Of a stretch of 64,000 nucleotides of DNA, positions 1 through 10,252 are shown one piece after another. The DNA is taken from positions 19,759-83,758 of the forward strand of contig LJTN01000006.1 in the NCBI GenBank assembly GCA_001303415.1, in the 5' to 3' direction. The stretch's first letter is position 1, and each line of letters starts with the position of its first letter. The position numbers and the translations under genes were made by a program. The notes under the pieces were generated by a model. It saw only the letters and a list, made by a program, of their open reading frames with translations, made no database searches and was not told the origin of the DNA. Origin of the DNA: Myxococcales bacterium SG8_38. Its GTDB lineage: Bacteria > Myxococcota_A > Polyangia > Polyangiales > Houyiibacteriaceae.

Positions 1-5
1 TGCCG

Positions 6-845
6 GTGGCGAAGTTCCTTCCGGCGTTGCTCCCTCGATCGGTCACGCATTTCAATCTTCGCAACCATTGCAAGATCTTGGTGGTGGACGGCCGCATCGG
101 TTTCACCGGGGGCATGAACGTTCGGCAGGCCTGCCTCTTGGAGTCGAACCCGAAGTACCCCACGAAGGACTTGCACTTTCGAGTCCGCGGTCCGGTGGTG
201 GCGCAGCTCCAGGAGACGTTCGCTGCGGATTGGACGTTCACCACCGGAGAGCGGCTCGAGGGGAGCCGCTGGTTTCCGGAGCTTCGTCCGGAGGGCTTGG
301 TCTTGGCCCGGGGCATTACCGATGGTCCCGACCTGAACATCGACAAGCTCCATTGGGTCTTTCTTGCGGCGATCGAAGCGGCACGCCGTTCGATACACAT
401 CGTCACGCCTTACTTCCTGCCCGACCTCGTATTGTTGAAGGCGCTCCATCTCGCCGCGCACCGTGGCGTCGAGGTGGACATCGTCGTGCCCGAGAAGGGG
501 AACCTCCCGGTGGTGCGCTGGGCAATGTGGGGTCAGTATCGCCATGTTTTGCGGGAAGGCGTTCGCCTGTGGCTCACGCCGCCACCGTTCGATCATTCCA
601 AGTTGTTCGTCATCGATGGCTACTGGTCCGCAGTCGGATCGGCCAACTGGGATCCTCGCAGCCTGCGGTTGAACTTCGAGTTCAATCTTGAATGCTATCA
701 TGAAGCGCTCGGCCGAGAGCTCTTGGATCACGCGCGAAAGAAGATGAAGAACGCCCGCTTGCTGACGATGGAAGAGCTCGACCGGCGCACGCCGTTACAG
801 CAGCTCCGCGATGGAACCGCGCGGCTGATGCAACCTTATTTGTGA
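6..845 (+). CDS. cls: Cardiolipin synthase / phospholipase D family protein, C-terminal part (5' end cut by window edge)
   Basis: ORF is open to the window start. Two HKD motifs are visible: 'HCKILVVDG' and 'HSKLFVIDG...GSANWD'. Confidence 0.8.
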   Translation: MAKFLPALLPRSVTHFNLRNHCKILVVDGRIGFTGGMNVRQACLLESNPKYPTKDLHFRVRGPVVAQLQETFAADWTFTTGERLEGSRWFPELRPEGLVLARGITDGPDLNIDKLHWVFLAAIEAARRSIHIVTPYFLPDLVLLKALHLAAHRGVEVDIVVPEKGNLPVVRWAMWGQYRHVLREGVRLWLTPPPFDHSKLFVIDGYWSAVGSANWDPRSLRLNFEFNLECYHEALGRELLDHARKKMKNARLLTMEELDRRTPLQQLRDGTARLMQPYL

Positions 846-1507
846 GAGCCGAGGAGCTGGTCCAGGCGGCGCGCCGTGGCGGGAGCAGCGGCCGGATCGG
901 CGGACAGATGCGCGCGTAGGATGGCGAGATCCGCCGGTTCGTCCACGTCGTACCAAGGAGAGAGGATCGCGGCACGCAGCGACGCGTTCGCGCGCAGCGT
1001 GTCTGCGAGCGCATGCGAGGTCGACCAGCGAACGCCGTCGAAGCGCGGACGAATCCCGTGTGATGCACCAATCGCGTAGTAGCCGCCGTCGTTGGCGGGC
1101 CCCAGCACGAGGCGCGCTCGTTCGAGAGAATCGAATGCGGCGACGATCAGCGAGAGCGGTAGCGTCGGCATGTCGCTTCCGACGATCACGACGCGCTCGT
1201 AACGCTGAAGACCCTGGTCGAACGCCGCCGAGAGCTTCACTCCCAAATCGCCCTCCGGTTGAAGATGTATCTCGGCGTCGTGCTCTCGAGCCCAACGCTC
1301 GATGGCTTCGGTGGGAGACCCAGCCGTCCACAGCGCGATGTCGACCCGGCCCACGGCACGCACTCGCGCACACAAGCCAAGCGCATCCTCTACGAATGCG
1401 TCGTACAGGTCCGAAGCGCCCTCGGTTCCGAGCAGGCTGGCGAGCCGCGTCTTGACGCCGCCCGCGGAATCCGAACGGATGAATACGGCAAGCAGGGCTA
1501 GCTCCAT
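836..1507 (-). CDS. DUF2064 / TIGR04282-like glycosyltransferase-fold protein
   Basis: Start trimmed to the ATG at 1507 ('MELALLAVFIRSDSAGGVKTRLA'). It has a 'GPANDGGYYAIG' motif typical of DUF2064 and overlaps the upstream GT2 gene by 10 nt. Confidence 0.6.
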   Translation of the reverse strand: MELALLAVFIRSDSAGGVKTRLASLLGTEGASDLYDAFVEDALGLCARVRAVGRVDIALWTAGSPTEAIERWAREHDAEIHLQPEGDLGVKLSAAFDQGLQRYERVVIVGSDMPTLPLSLIVAAFDSLERARLVLGPANDGGYYAIGASHGIRPRFDGVRWSTSHALADTLRANASLRAAILSPWYDVDEPADLAILRAHLSADPAAAPATARRLDQLLGSHK

Positions 1508-2181
1508 GCGTAGCGGCCTAGCAGCCAGAGGATCTTGACGCCCGCGCTCACCGAGCCGCGAAGCGTGCCGCTGACCTTGGAAACCCCGATCCGGGGGCGG
1601 TACGAAACCGGCACCTCGATTGCCCTCACCCCACGTTGCGCTGCCTTGATTTGCATCTCGACGGTCCAACCGAAGTTGCGATCCCTCATGTCCAGGGTCT
1701 GTAGCGTATCCCATCGAATCGCGCGAAAGGGCCCGAGGTCCGTGTAGCGCACGCCGTACAGGACGCGGAGCGCGTGGCAGGCGATCGCATTTCCAACCTG
1801 CTGCTGCGGGCTCAGCGCGCCCCGCTCGCGCCGCCCGCGCGCCCGCGAGCCGATCACGAGGTCCGCGTGACCGGACGAGATCGGACCGACCAACAACGGA
1901 AGCTCGGCCGGGTGATCGCTATAGTCGCCATCGAGAAACACGACGACATCGGGTGGATCGGCGGTGAGATGTGCGAGCGCACGCAGGCATGCCGCTCCAT
2001 AACCGCGCTCCGGCTCGACTACGACCTCCGCCCCATGCGACCGGGCGACCTCGGCGGTGGCATCCGTCGAGCCGTTGTCGGCCACGACGACCCTTCGGAC
2101 GGGAGGGCGGGGAACTTCGCGAAGAACGCGAGGGAGCGCCAGCTCCTCGTCGAGCGCCGGGATGACGACGTCGATCTGCAC
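1498..2181 (-). CDS. Family 2 glycosyltransferase (dolichyl-phosphate mannosyltransferase-like)
   Basis: GTG start at 2181 gives 'VQIDVVIPALDEE...ADNGSTD...DGDYSD' (GT2 fold with DxD). The longer ORF would overlap rpsD. Confidence 0.75.
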   Translation of the reverse strand: MQIDVVIPALDEELALPRVLREVPRPPVRRVVVADNGSTDATAEVARSHGAEVVVEPERGYGAACLRALAHLTADPPDVVVFLDGDYSDHPAELPLLVGPISSGHADLVIGSRARGRRERGALSPQQQVGNAIACHALRVLYGVRYTDLGPFRAIRWDTLQTLDMRDRNFGWTVEMQIKAAQRGVRAIEVPVSYRPRIGVSKVSGTLRGSVSAGVKILWLLGRYAWS

Positions 2182-2191
2182 GCGTCGTCGA

Positions 2192-2812
2192 TTACAGGCG
2201 CTTCGAGTAGTACTCGATGACGAGGTCGATCTCGAGCGGGAAGGGCACGGAGTCCACTTTGGGAAGGCTCTTGATCGTCGCCGTCTTCGTGGCTTCGTCG
2301 AATTCGATCCAGTCGGGGCGTGCCAGACGGACATCTTCGAGCGAGGCATCGACGGCGGACAGGTTCTGGCTGCGCTCGCGGAGGCTGATCACGTCGCCCT
2401 CGCGGACTCGGTACGACGGAATGTCGAGCCGCCGACCGTTCACCAAGAAGTGGCCATGACAGACGAGCTGGCGCGCGGCGGGGATCGTCGGCGCAAACCC
2501 TGCGCGAAAGACGGTATTGTCGAGCCGGCGCTCGAGAAGCTCGAGGAGCTTGTCGCCGGACGGCTCCTTGCTGTGCACCGCTTCGCGGTAGAGCCGCATG
2601 AACTGGCCCTCGTTGAGGCCGTAGTTGAAACGCAGCTTCTGCTTCTCGAGAAGCTGCTTTTTGAAGTCGCTCATCTTGCGGCGCCGGGCCGACTTCGGCC
2701 CATGGACGCCGGGCGGGTACGGACGATCCCACATGCTCTTGCGCGAAAGGCCGGGCAGATCGATGCCCAGAGCTCGCATGCGCTTCACCCGTGGTCCTGT
2801 ATATCGAGACAT
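2192..2812 (-). CDS. rpsD: 30S ribosomal protein S4
   Basis: 'MSRYTGPRVKRMRALGIDLPGLSRKS...' is a canonical S4 N-terminus. Length is 206 aa after trimming to the internal ATG. Confidence 0.95.
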   Translation of the reverse strand: MSRYTGPRVKRMRALGIDLPGLSRKSMWDRPYPPGVHGPKSARRRKMSDFKKQLLEKQKLRFNYGLNEGQFMRLYREAVHSKEPSGDKLLELLERRLDNTVFRAGFAPTIPAARQLVCHGHFLVNGRRLDIPSYRVREGDVISLRERSQNLSAVDASLEDVRLARPDWIEFDEATKTATIKSLPKVDSVPFPLEIDLVIEYYSKRL

Positions 2813-2969
2813 GTTCGTTAGGCTCCTGGCGCGAAATCCCTGGGCTTTCCCGGCTCGCGCGAGGCGCCCCTTATACGGCAATCCGCTCGATAGGCAAATC
2901 GAGCCGGACGGCGAGCCACCCTTCGAGGGCGTCCGGGTGGCTAAGTCGCGAATTTCCCAGTAATCATGC

Positions 2970-4379
2970 GTGATGGCGGAACCCCGGACGATTCACTTCG
3001 TGTCGCTCGGCTGCGCGAAGAATCGCGTCGACACCGAGGTCATGCTCGGTGTGAGCGACCAGTCCGGCCTGCAGATCGTCGACGATCCGACGCGCGCCGA
3101 GGTCATCGTGATCAATACCTGCGGCTTCATCGAGCCGGCCAAAGAAGAGTCCATCCAGACGATCTTGGAGATGGGCAACCTCAAGGCGAGCGGCGCCTGC
3201 AAGAAGCTGGTGGTCGCAGGGTGCCTTTCTCAGCGTTATCCCGAGGAGCTCGCCAGCGAGCTGCCCGAGGTCGATCACTTTCTCGGCTCGAGCGACATGC
3301 TGAAGCTCCGCCGAGTTCTCGCCGGCACGAACGAACGGATGCTCGTGGGCAACCCCGCCGCGTACACCATGCGCGCGGACGACCCGCGCATGTTGTCGGG
3401 GCATCGGCATCGCGCCTACGTGAAGATCGCCGAGGGCTGCAACCGGGAGTGCAGCTTCTGCGCGATTCCATCGTTCCGCGGCAAGCAACGATCCCGCCCG
3501 ATCGAGGACTTGGTGCGTGAAGCCGAGCTGCTCGCGGCCGCCGGGGTGGTCGAGCTGAACTTGATCAGCCAGGACACGATCGCCTACGGCCGTGACCTGC
3601 CCCAACGAGAGTCGCTCTCCGAGCTGCTTGCCGCGTTGGGCGATGTCGACGGCATCCGCTGGGTGCGCGCTCACTATCTCTACCCGGAAACGCTCACCGA
3701 TCCGCTGATCGAGGTTCTGTCACAGCACGACAAGGTGCTTCCATACATCGACATGCCGCTTCAGCATGCATCGGATGCCATGCTCCGCGCGATGCGCCGA
3801 GGACATGGCGGCGATCGGATGTACAAGCTCGTGGAGCGGTTGCGACGGGCGATTCCGGACCTCGTGTTTCGCACCACGTTCATCGTGGGCCACCCTGGAG
3901 AAACGGACGCAGACTTCGGGGAGCTCCGCCGTTTCGTGGAGTGGGCCGAGCTCGATCACGTGGGCGTGTTCCTCTACTCGCCGGAGGAGGGCACACGAAG
4001 CGCCGAAATGGAAGGCGCCGTCGACGGCGCGATCGCCGAGGCGCGGCGGGACGAGCTGATGAGCATCCAGCGTCCGATCAGCCGGGAGCGCCTACAGCTG
4101 CGCGTCGGCACCGAGCTCGACGTGCTGGTGGAAGGTGTCAGCGACGAAAGTGATTGGCTGCTGCAAGGACGATGGTGGGGTCAGGCGCCAGAGGTCGACG
4201 GCAGCGTGTATCTGGCCAATGGAACGGCGCGGGTCGGAGAAATCCGCCGGGTGTTGGTCACCGATGCGGCGGACTACGACCTGATGGCCGACTTCATCGA
4301 CGCGCCGGGCGGCCGAGATGCGCCGCCGGACGCAAAAGATCCCAGACCACCGAAAGTTAAGCTACGAACCTTCTCGTGA
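2970..4379 (+). CDS. rimO: Ribosomal protein S12 methylthiotransferase RimO (radical SAM)
   Basis: MTTase N-terminal domain 'IHFVSLGCAKNRVDTE', radical-SAM 'CNRECSFCAIP' and a TRAM-like C-terminus. Confidence 0.9.
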   Translation: MMAEPRTIHFVSLGCAKNRVDTEVMLGVSDQSGLQIVDDPTRAEVIVINTCGFIEPAKEESIQTILEMGNLKASGACKKLVVAGCLSQRYPEELASELPEVDHFLGSSDMLKLRRVLAGTNERMLVGNPAAYTMRADDPRMLSGHRHRAYVKIAEGCNRECSFCAIPSFRGKQRSRPIEDLVREAELLAAAGVVELNLISQDTIAYGRDLPQRESLSELLAALGDVDGIRWVRAHYLYPETLTDPLIEVLSQHDKVLPYIDMPLQHASDAMLRAMRRGHGGDRMYKLVERLRRAIPDLVFRTTFIVGHPGETDADFGELRRFVEWAELDHVGVFLYSPEEGTRSAEMEGAVDGAIAEARRDELMSIQRPISRERLQLRVGTELDVLVEGVSDESDWLLQGRWWGQAPEVDGSVYLANGTARVGEIRRVLVTDAADYDLMADFIDAPGGRDAPPDAKDPRPPKVKLRTFS

Positions 4380-5104
4380 GGTGGTGCGGGCTCGCTTTGG
4401 TGATCGCGTCGCTCGCGGCCCTCGGTGGCTGCGCGACCGCGGTGCCAGCCATGAGCGGGGGCTCGACGACACCCGCAGGCAGGACGGACTTCGCGCTCGG
4501 CGGGGCGGCTCGGATTCCGCTGGGGGATCTGAAGGATCCGGCGGTGATCGACCCCGGGCAGTCGGAGTACCGCTACGCGGCGGACGCGGGAGGCGTCGTG
4601 CCGATGGCGTACGCGCGCTATGGCATTGGACGCGCCTGGGATCTGGGCCTCATGGTGTCGGGCACCACGGTCCGAGCCGAGGCTCGCTACGAGCATCTGC
4701 TCGACGAAGGAACGGCACGCTCGAGCTTGATACTCGGGCTCGCGCCGTACGGCGGCTGGATTCCGGATCGCGATCAATCCGGAAGCGGCGGCCGCGTCGG
4801 CTTCGAGGTTCCCTTCGTCTATGGCGTCGACATCGGCGGCATCTACGAGATTTGGGTCGGCGCGCGCGTCAGCGGCGAGTACGTGTTCGGGGACTTCCAG
4901 CTCATGGGCTCCGATCAGAGAGCGAGCGGAGGCGGTGTGAGAGCAGGGCCCTTGATCGGCATGGCCCTCGGCATAAGCCGCATCCATGCGCTGATCGAGC
5001 TCACCGGCGCGTACGAGCACTGGTTCATCGACCACGCGGGCACTTCGCGCGACCGCGGCGGGTTCGTGCTGATCCCGGGATTCGGGATACGCCTTCGATT
5101 CTGA
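4376..5104 (+). CDS. Hypothetical lipoprotein / small outer-membrane beta-barrel-like protein
   Basis: GTGA overlap with the rimO stop. Lipobox 'LAALGGC', alternating Gly/aromatic-rich sequence and a C-terminal '...IRLRF'. Confidence 0.55.
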   Translation: MRWCGLALVIASLAALGGCATAVPAMSGGSTTPAGRTDFALGGAARIPLGDLKDPAVIDPGQSEYRYAADAGGVVPMAYARYGIGRAWDLGLMVSGTTVRAEARYEHLLDEGTARSSLILGLAPYGGWIPDRDQSGSGGRVGFEVPFVYGVDIGGIYEIWVGARVSGEYVFGDFQLMGSDQRASGGGVRAGPLIGMALGISRIHALIELTGAYEHWFIDHAGTSRDRGGFVLIPGFGIRLRF

Positions 5105-5112
5105 GATCTAGG

Positions 5113-5688
5113 CTACCCGGCCTGGGGCCGTTCCGATTTGCGCTTGGCCTCTTGCCGGGGAGGGCTCGGCCGATCTTCTCCGAGTAGATTGCCGACGAAC
5201 GCCCCCATCAGGGCCATCATCGTCGCCATCAAAGCGCCGAGCACGTAAGCGCCGGTCGAAAGCTGATAGACGTCTGCAATGCTCGACAAGAAGAACATCG
5301 TCGGGATGGCGGCAAGCAGCCCCCCGACCGGAGGCTCCAAGAAGTTCTTGCCCGGTGAGACGTAGTTGATCACTGCGGCGCCGACGAACCACAAGACGAT
5401 GGTGATGACGATGCCTGCGAAACCTTGGGGATCGTAGACCGGGATGATCAACGGAAGGAGCGCCAGTGCTAGCGCGGCAAGTATCAAGAACAGGCCGAAG
5501 GAGATGAACACCCACCGAAGCTCGAACGCGTCCGGTTGGTGCCTGCGCGCCTGAAGCTCCTCTGCGGTCAGCTCGGAGGCGAGCTCCGACAGGCGCGCCC
5601 CGCACGAGCGACAGCGTTCGGTTCCCTTCGGATTCCCGGCACCGCATACGTGGCATTCGATCTCTTCGGAAGCCATCCTCACCCTCAC
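5113..5688 (-). CDS. Zinc-ribbon domain membrane protein (hypothetical)
   Basis: N-terminal 'CHVCGAGNPKGTERCRSCG' zinc ribbon followed by about 4 hydrophobic helices. Confidence 0.55.
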   Translation of the reverse strand: MRVRMASEEIECHVCGAGNPKGTERCRSCGARLSELASELTAEELQARRHQPDAFELRWVFISFGLFLILAALALALLPLIIPVYDPQGFAGIVITIVLWFVGAAVINYVSPGKNFLEPPVGGLLAAIPTMFFLSSIADVYQLSTGAYVLGALMATMMALMGAFVGNLLGEDRPSPPRQEAKRKSERPQAG

Positions 5689-5837
5689 CCGATCGACGGA
5701 GCGTCCCCGAGCGCATTGTCTACGGCGGGGTGGCGGAGCGCAACCGTTCGCACCGGTGACCCGACGCGCACTTGACGCCGCAAGCGTGGGGGCTACCTTC
5801 CCGCACCGCCCGAAAACCGGGCTGAAGGAGGCCTGAA

Positions 5838-7709
5838 GTGGCCCGTTTCATCGACGAGCTCAAGCGTACGCATTCTTGTGGTGAACTGAGGGAAGAGAAC
5901 ATCGACCAGGAGACGGTGCTGTTCGGGTGGGTGCAGAACCGGCGGGATCATGGCGGCTGCATCTTCATCGACTTGCGCGACCTCGACGGGCTCACCCAGG
6001 TAGTGTTCGATCCGGAGACCACCGACGAGGCGGCGTTCGAAACGGCCGACAAGGCGCGCTCGGAGTGGGTTCTCGGGATTCGCGGCAAGGTTCGCGATCG
6101 CGGCACGAAGGACGATGGGACGAGCCTTCGCAACCCGCGGCTCGCCACCGGGGCAATCGAGGTCATCGCGTTCGAGGCCACGGTGTTCAACAAGTCCGGG
6201 ACCACGCCTTTCGAGATCGAAGACAGCATCACCACCGGCGAGGACAAGCGGCTCGAGTATCGCTATCTCGATCTTCGCCGCCCTGGGCTACAGAAAAACC
6301 TCAGGATGCGAAGCAAGCTCAACCACGAGACGCGAAACTACATGAACGAGCAGGGCTTCCTCGAGATCGAGACGCCCTTCATGGTCCGGTACACGCCGGG
6401 CGGCGCGCGAAACTTCTTGGTGCCATCGCGACTCTACGGCGGTCACTTCTACGCGCTGGCGGAAAGCCCCCAGCTCTACAAGCAGCTCTTGATGTGCGCG
6501 GGCTACGACAAGTACTACCAAATCGTCCGTTGCTTTCGCGACGAAGACCTCCGCATCGATCGGCAGCCCGAGTTCACCCAGATCGACATCGAGATGTCGT
6601 TCATCAATCAGGACGACCTGTTCAAGGTGCTCGAGGGGTTGGTGTTCCGGCTGTGGAAAGAGGTGCTCGGGGTCGACCTGAGGCAGGCGTACCCGAGCGG
6701 TGAGTTTCCTCGTCTCGGATTTGCCGATTCGATGGAACGGTTCGGCAACGACAAGCCCGACATGCGCTTTGCGATGGAGCACGTGGACCTGACCGACCTG
6801 ACGGTCGAGCACGGAGGCGGCGGAATCGGCATGCTCGAGCCGATCGCCGCGAAGTTCCGCGAGGGGATCTACCGCCGGGACCTGCCGACCGAAATCGTCA
6901 AAGCGATGGTGGTGCCCGCGGGCCACGGATTCTCTCGCAAGGATCTCGATGCGCTCGAGAAGTACGTTCACCAGATGGGAGCCAAGGGCCTCGCGCGCGC
7001 CAAGGTCGACGAAGGCGGCAACTGGCTGCAGAGCCCGCTCGCCAAGATGGTGACGTCCCGGTTCCGCGAGGCGGTGAACGAGACCATGGGCGCCAAGGAT
7101 GGCGACCTCATCCTGTTTCAGTTCGGCCCAGCCCAGAAGGTGCATACGGTGATGGCCAATCTTCGGCTGCACGTTGCGCGCAAGCTCGGCCTCATCCCCG
7201 AGACCGGCAGCGGCGGCGAATGGAACTTCTTGTGGGTCGTCGACCCCCCTTTGTTCGAGCGCAACGAAGAGAAGCGGCGTTGGGAGGCAGCGCATCACAT
7301 TTTCACCCGCCCCCACGACGAGTGCATCGGACTTCTGGAAACCGACCCGGGTAAGGTCCTTTGCTACCGCTACGACCTCGTTCTCAACGGGTTCGAGATC
7401 GCGGGCGGGTCGATTCGTCTCCATGACCCGGAGGTCCAGAGGAAGGTATTCGAGGTGGTGGGGCTGAGCGACGCAGAAGCCCGCGAGAAGTTCGGCTTTT
7501 TGCTCGACGCGCTCACCTACGGCGCCCCGCCTCACGGCGGCATCGCCTTCGGAATGGACCGAATCGCGATGTTGGCCGCGGAAACGGAGTCGATTCGGGA
7601 CGTAATTGCATTCCCGAAGACCCAGCGCGCCAACGACCTGATGACCGGCGCGCCATCGCGGGTCGACCCCGAGCAGCTGCTCGACCTGAAGATCAAGACA
7701 CTCGAGTGA
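5838..7709 (+). CDS. aspS: Aspartate--tRNA ligase (bacterial type)
   Basis: Full-length match to remembered AspS blocks: 'FRDEDLRIDRQPEFTQIDIEMSF', 'GGSIRLHD', 'FGFLLDALTYGAPPHGGIAFGMDR'. Confidence 0.95.
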   Translation: MARFIDELKRTHSCGELREENIDQETVLFGWVQNRRDHGGCIFIDLRDLDGLTQVVFDPETTDEAAFETADKARSEWVLGIRGKVRDRGTKDDGTSLRNPRLATGAIEVIAFEATVFNKSGTTPFEIEDSITTGEDKRLEYRYLDLRRPGLQKNLRMRSKLNHETRNYMNEQGFLEIETPFMVRYTPGGARNFLVPSRLYGGHFYALAESPQLYKQLLMCAGYDKYYQIVRCFRDEDLRIDRQPEFTQIDIEMSFINQDDLFKVLEGLVFRLWKEVLGVDLRQAYPSGEFPRLGFADSMERFGNDKPDMRFAMEHVDLTDLTVEHGGGGIGMLEPIAAKFREGIYRRDLPTEIVKAMVVPAGHGFSRKDLDALEKYVHQMGAKGLARAKVDEGGNWLQSPLAKMVTSRFREAVNETMGAKDGDLILFQFGPAQKVHTVMANLRLHVARKLGLIPETGSGGEWNFLWVVDPPLFERNEEKRRWEAAHHIFTRPHDECIGLLETDPGKVLCYRYDLVLNGFEIAGGSIRLHDPEVQRKVFEVVGLSDAEAREKFGFLLDALTYGAPPHGGIAFGMDRIAMLAAETESIRDVIAFPKTQRANDLMTGAPSRVDPEQLLDLKIKTLE

Positions 7710-7767
7710 CGGGCGAGTGAATAGCGAGAACTTGCCGGGCGTCTCGGTTCCCTGACAAGGTTAAACC

Positions 7768-8091
7768 ATGAAAGCCATCGGCAGAATCGCGTTTGCACTG
7801 TGGGCGCTCTCGGTCACGATTCCGACGGCCGCGGAGGCGGACGGGGGTGACGACATCAAGAACTGCTATCAGGTGCGCGGCGAGGCTCGCTATGGCGCGC
7901 TCGCCTACAAGCACATCGTGATCGTCAGCAACCGTTGCGACATCACGTTGGAGTGCGAGGTGTGGACCGATGTCGATCCCACCCCCCGCCAGCGTCTGAC
8001 GGTAGGCCCGAACAGCGAGGCAGAGGTGATCATTCGAAACAACTCGCCCGCCCGAGCGTTCAAGGCCTTCGGTGAGTGCAAGAAACAGTAG
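7768..8091 (+). CDS. Small secreted hypothetical protein (4 Cys)
   Basis: Signal peptide 'MKAIGRIAFALWALSVTIPTAAEA'. No recognisable family. Confidence 0.45.
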   Translation: MKAIGRIAFALWALSVTIPTAAEADGGDDIKNCYQVRGEARYGALAYKHIVIVSNRCDITLECEVWTDVDPTPRQRLTVGPNSEAEVIIRNNSPARAFKAFGECKKQ

Positions 8092-8109
8092 TCGCTGAGC
8101 TCACCGGCC

Positions 8110-9160
8110 TCAGTAGAACGGGCTGTTCTCTCTTCTCGTGAAGAAGCGCTCGAAAATGCCGTACCCCACGACGAGCTGATCGAGGTCGGTATACTCGTTG
8201 GGCTGATGTGCTTGCGCTGCCGTGCCCGGCCCGAGATTCACGCCCGGAACGCCGATGGCATCGAAGCGAGCCACGTCCGTCCAGGCCTGCTTGCTGCGGA
8301 CGCCGTTGACACCGCAAGTCATCAGGTGCTGAACGTATGGATCGGCGGCATGCGGACGCCCCGCCGGAGACAGATCGGTTGCTTGAATCCGGCACTCGGG
8401 CCCGGCGAGCTCCCGGAGCTCGGCAAACGCTTCCTCCGGCGTGCGCCCGGGCGCGAAACGATAGTTCACGTTGAGATCGGTTTGGTCGGGGACGACGTTT
8501 CGCGGCCCCCCGCCATGGATGACCGTCGGCGTGATCACCTCGCGGAAGACATACCCATCGAGCTCTACGTCGTGCGGGTCCCGCTGCTCGAGCAACTGAA
8601 GGAAGCGGGCCGCCTTGTATAGCGCGTTGTCACCTTGCCACGGACGTGCGCTATGCGCGGTCCGGCCGACGAACGTGACGGTCGCATGAACCGAGCCCAT
8701 GGCGCCGAGCTGCAACTGATTGTCGCTCGGCTCGAGACAGATCGCGAGGTCGAGCTCGTGGAGCGCGGGATGCGTGTCGAGGATTGGGCCGAGCCGATTC
8801 TCCTCGAAGGGACCTTCCTCTCGCTCGTAGAAGATCAAGGTCAAAGCACACGGAAGGGCAGCGAGATTTCATGTCTGCCGCTCCGGCGCCGTAGAGACGG
8901 TTTCCCTCGATGCGGGGCGGTCCGTCGTGCCTGGTGCGTACCGTATCGAGATGCCCGACCAAGGCGACGTGCGGAGCATCATACCGGGTAGCGGCATGGA
9001 CGATCAGGCTGTCGTGAAATCGGGTGATTGCACCGGCTCCGATGCTGCTCGTCAAGCGATCCTCGACGTGGTCGCAGAGCTCCGCTTCCTCGCCAATGGG
9101 GCTCGGAATGCGAGTCAGCGCCAGAAGGGTGTCGCGAAGCGCATCTTCGATGTCGGTCAT
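8110..9160 (-). pseudogene. dapE: Succinyl-diaminopimelate desuccinylase / M20 peptidase, interrupted by a 1-nt frameshift near 8862-8872
   Basis: N-terminal part ('MTDIEDAL...HLDTV...GAGAADMK') lies in the 8651-9553 ORF frame. C-terminal part ('LTLIFYEREEG...HQPNEY') lies in the 8110-8844 frame. Total span is 1051 nt (3n+1). Confidence 0.75.
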
Positions 9161-9188
9161 GGGGGCAGAGCCTAGCAGGGTTTCAGGC

Positions 9189-9776
9189 TCAGGGTTCGAT
9201 GTCCCCGGGCTCGTCCCAATCCCGAAGAGCACGCGCGACTGCCAGGCTGAGGGGCAAGCGATCGACCTCGACCATCTCGAACAACTTTTGAAACGAGCGC
9301 GCTTGCTCGACGAGCGTTTTGTCGAGGACATCGGCGAGGCGGGCCGCGTCATACCGAGCGAGCATGGGCTCCCAGGGGGCGCCGGGCCCTTGGCGCGGCG
9401 CGAGGACCGCTGCGCTGCTCGGATGCTCGCTGGCTTCCCGGAGTGCCTCGGCCGTGACGTACGGCATGTCGCAGGCCACCGCGACCAGATGCGAGTGGCC
9501 GGTGGCCAAGGCATGTCGGACGGCGGCCCGCAGACCTGCCAGCGGACCCCCATTGGGCGGGTCGTCGTCGATGCGCGCCGCCTCTGGTACGAGCTGCCAG
9601 TAGGGTCCGGCGTCGCCGATCAGCGCGCAATCGAGGCCCGCTTCGCGGCCGAGCCTGACGAGGGATTCGACAATCGTTTCGGAGCCCCCGGGTGTCGGCA
9701 GGAGGCCCTTGTGCGTGCCCATGCGGCGCGAACGGCCTCCGACGAAAATTGCGAGCAGCGGCCGCCGGTCCATCAC
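9189..9776 (-). CDS. mobA: Molybdenum cofactor guanylyltransferase
   Basis: 'LLAIFVGGRSRRMGTHKGLL' nucleotide-binding N-terminus, 195 aa. Confidence 0.75.
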   Translation of the reverse strand: MMDRRPLLAIFVGGRSRRMGTHKGLLPTPGGSETIVESLVRLGREAGLDCALIGDAGPYWQLVPEAARIDDDPPNGGPLAGLRAAVRHALATGHSHLVAVACDMPYVTAEALREASEHPSSAAVLAPRQGPGAPWEPMLARYDAARLADVLDKTLVEQARSFQKLFEMVEVDRLPLSLAVARALRDWDEPGDIEP

Positions 9777-10199
9777 TCAGGCCGGCACGCCCGCATCGCC
9801 GACCAGCCGCGTCTCCATCTTTTCGACGAGGCGGTTGAGCTGGTCTTGCTGGATGGCGCTGGTCACGAAGTTGGTGAAGAAGGCCGTCACGTAGGATGCG
9901 ACGTCGAGGATCACGGCGATGACCGAGGTGTCTTGTGCAGGCCCAAAGCCAGCCCGTTCTTCGATCTCCGCGATCTGAAGCGAGATGCGGTAATCGACCC
10001 AGATGCCGTAAATCGCGAACGTCAGGATGACGAATAAGAAGTCGAGCCAGAATCCGTGACCGGTCGGCGTGCGGCCGTCGAGCGTCTCGAGATCCCGGTA
10101 GATGCCATGATACCAAAAGGGCAGGTAAAGGCCGAACGAGATGATGCTGAAGACCAACACCAGCGCAGGCTCTCGGCGTTCTATGGGGGGAGCTGTCAT
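9777..10199 (-). CDS. Small integral membrane protein (DUF4234-like)
   Basis: Repeated 'FxxYxxxW' membrane segments ('FGLYLPFWYHGIY', 'FAIYGIWVDY'). Directly abuts the mobA start. Confidence 0.5.
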   Translation of the reverse strand: MTAPPIERREPALVLVFSIISFGLYLPFWYHGIYRDLETLDGRTPTGHGFWLDFLFVILTFAIYGIWVDYRISLQIAEIEERAGFGPAQDTSVIAVILDVASYVTAFFTNFVTSAIQQDQLNRLVEKMETRLVGDAGVPA

Positions 10200-10252
10200 C
10201 GGGTCGTCTCTTCCTGCTCGCGCGGCGTGCGACGTCCGCTAAGTTTCGTTCC

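Noticed and set aside
6288-7535. 415-aa minus-strand ORF inside aspS, and a similar 461-aa ORF at 15348-16733 inside clpB
   Set aside because: Both are antisense to highly conserved housekeeping genes and show no motifs.
8651-9553. Long 300-aa ORF suggesting a larger protein upstream of the dapE N-terminus
   Set aside because: The portion upstream of the ATG at 9160 overlaps mobA in another frame and has no M20 similarity. The portion downstream of about 8865 is the out-of-frame read-through caused by the frameshift.
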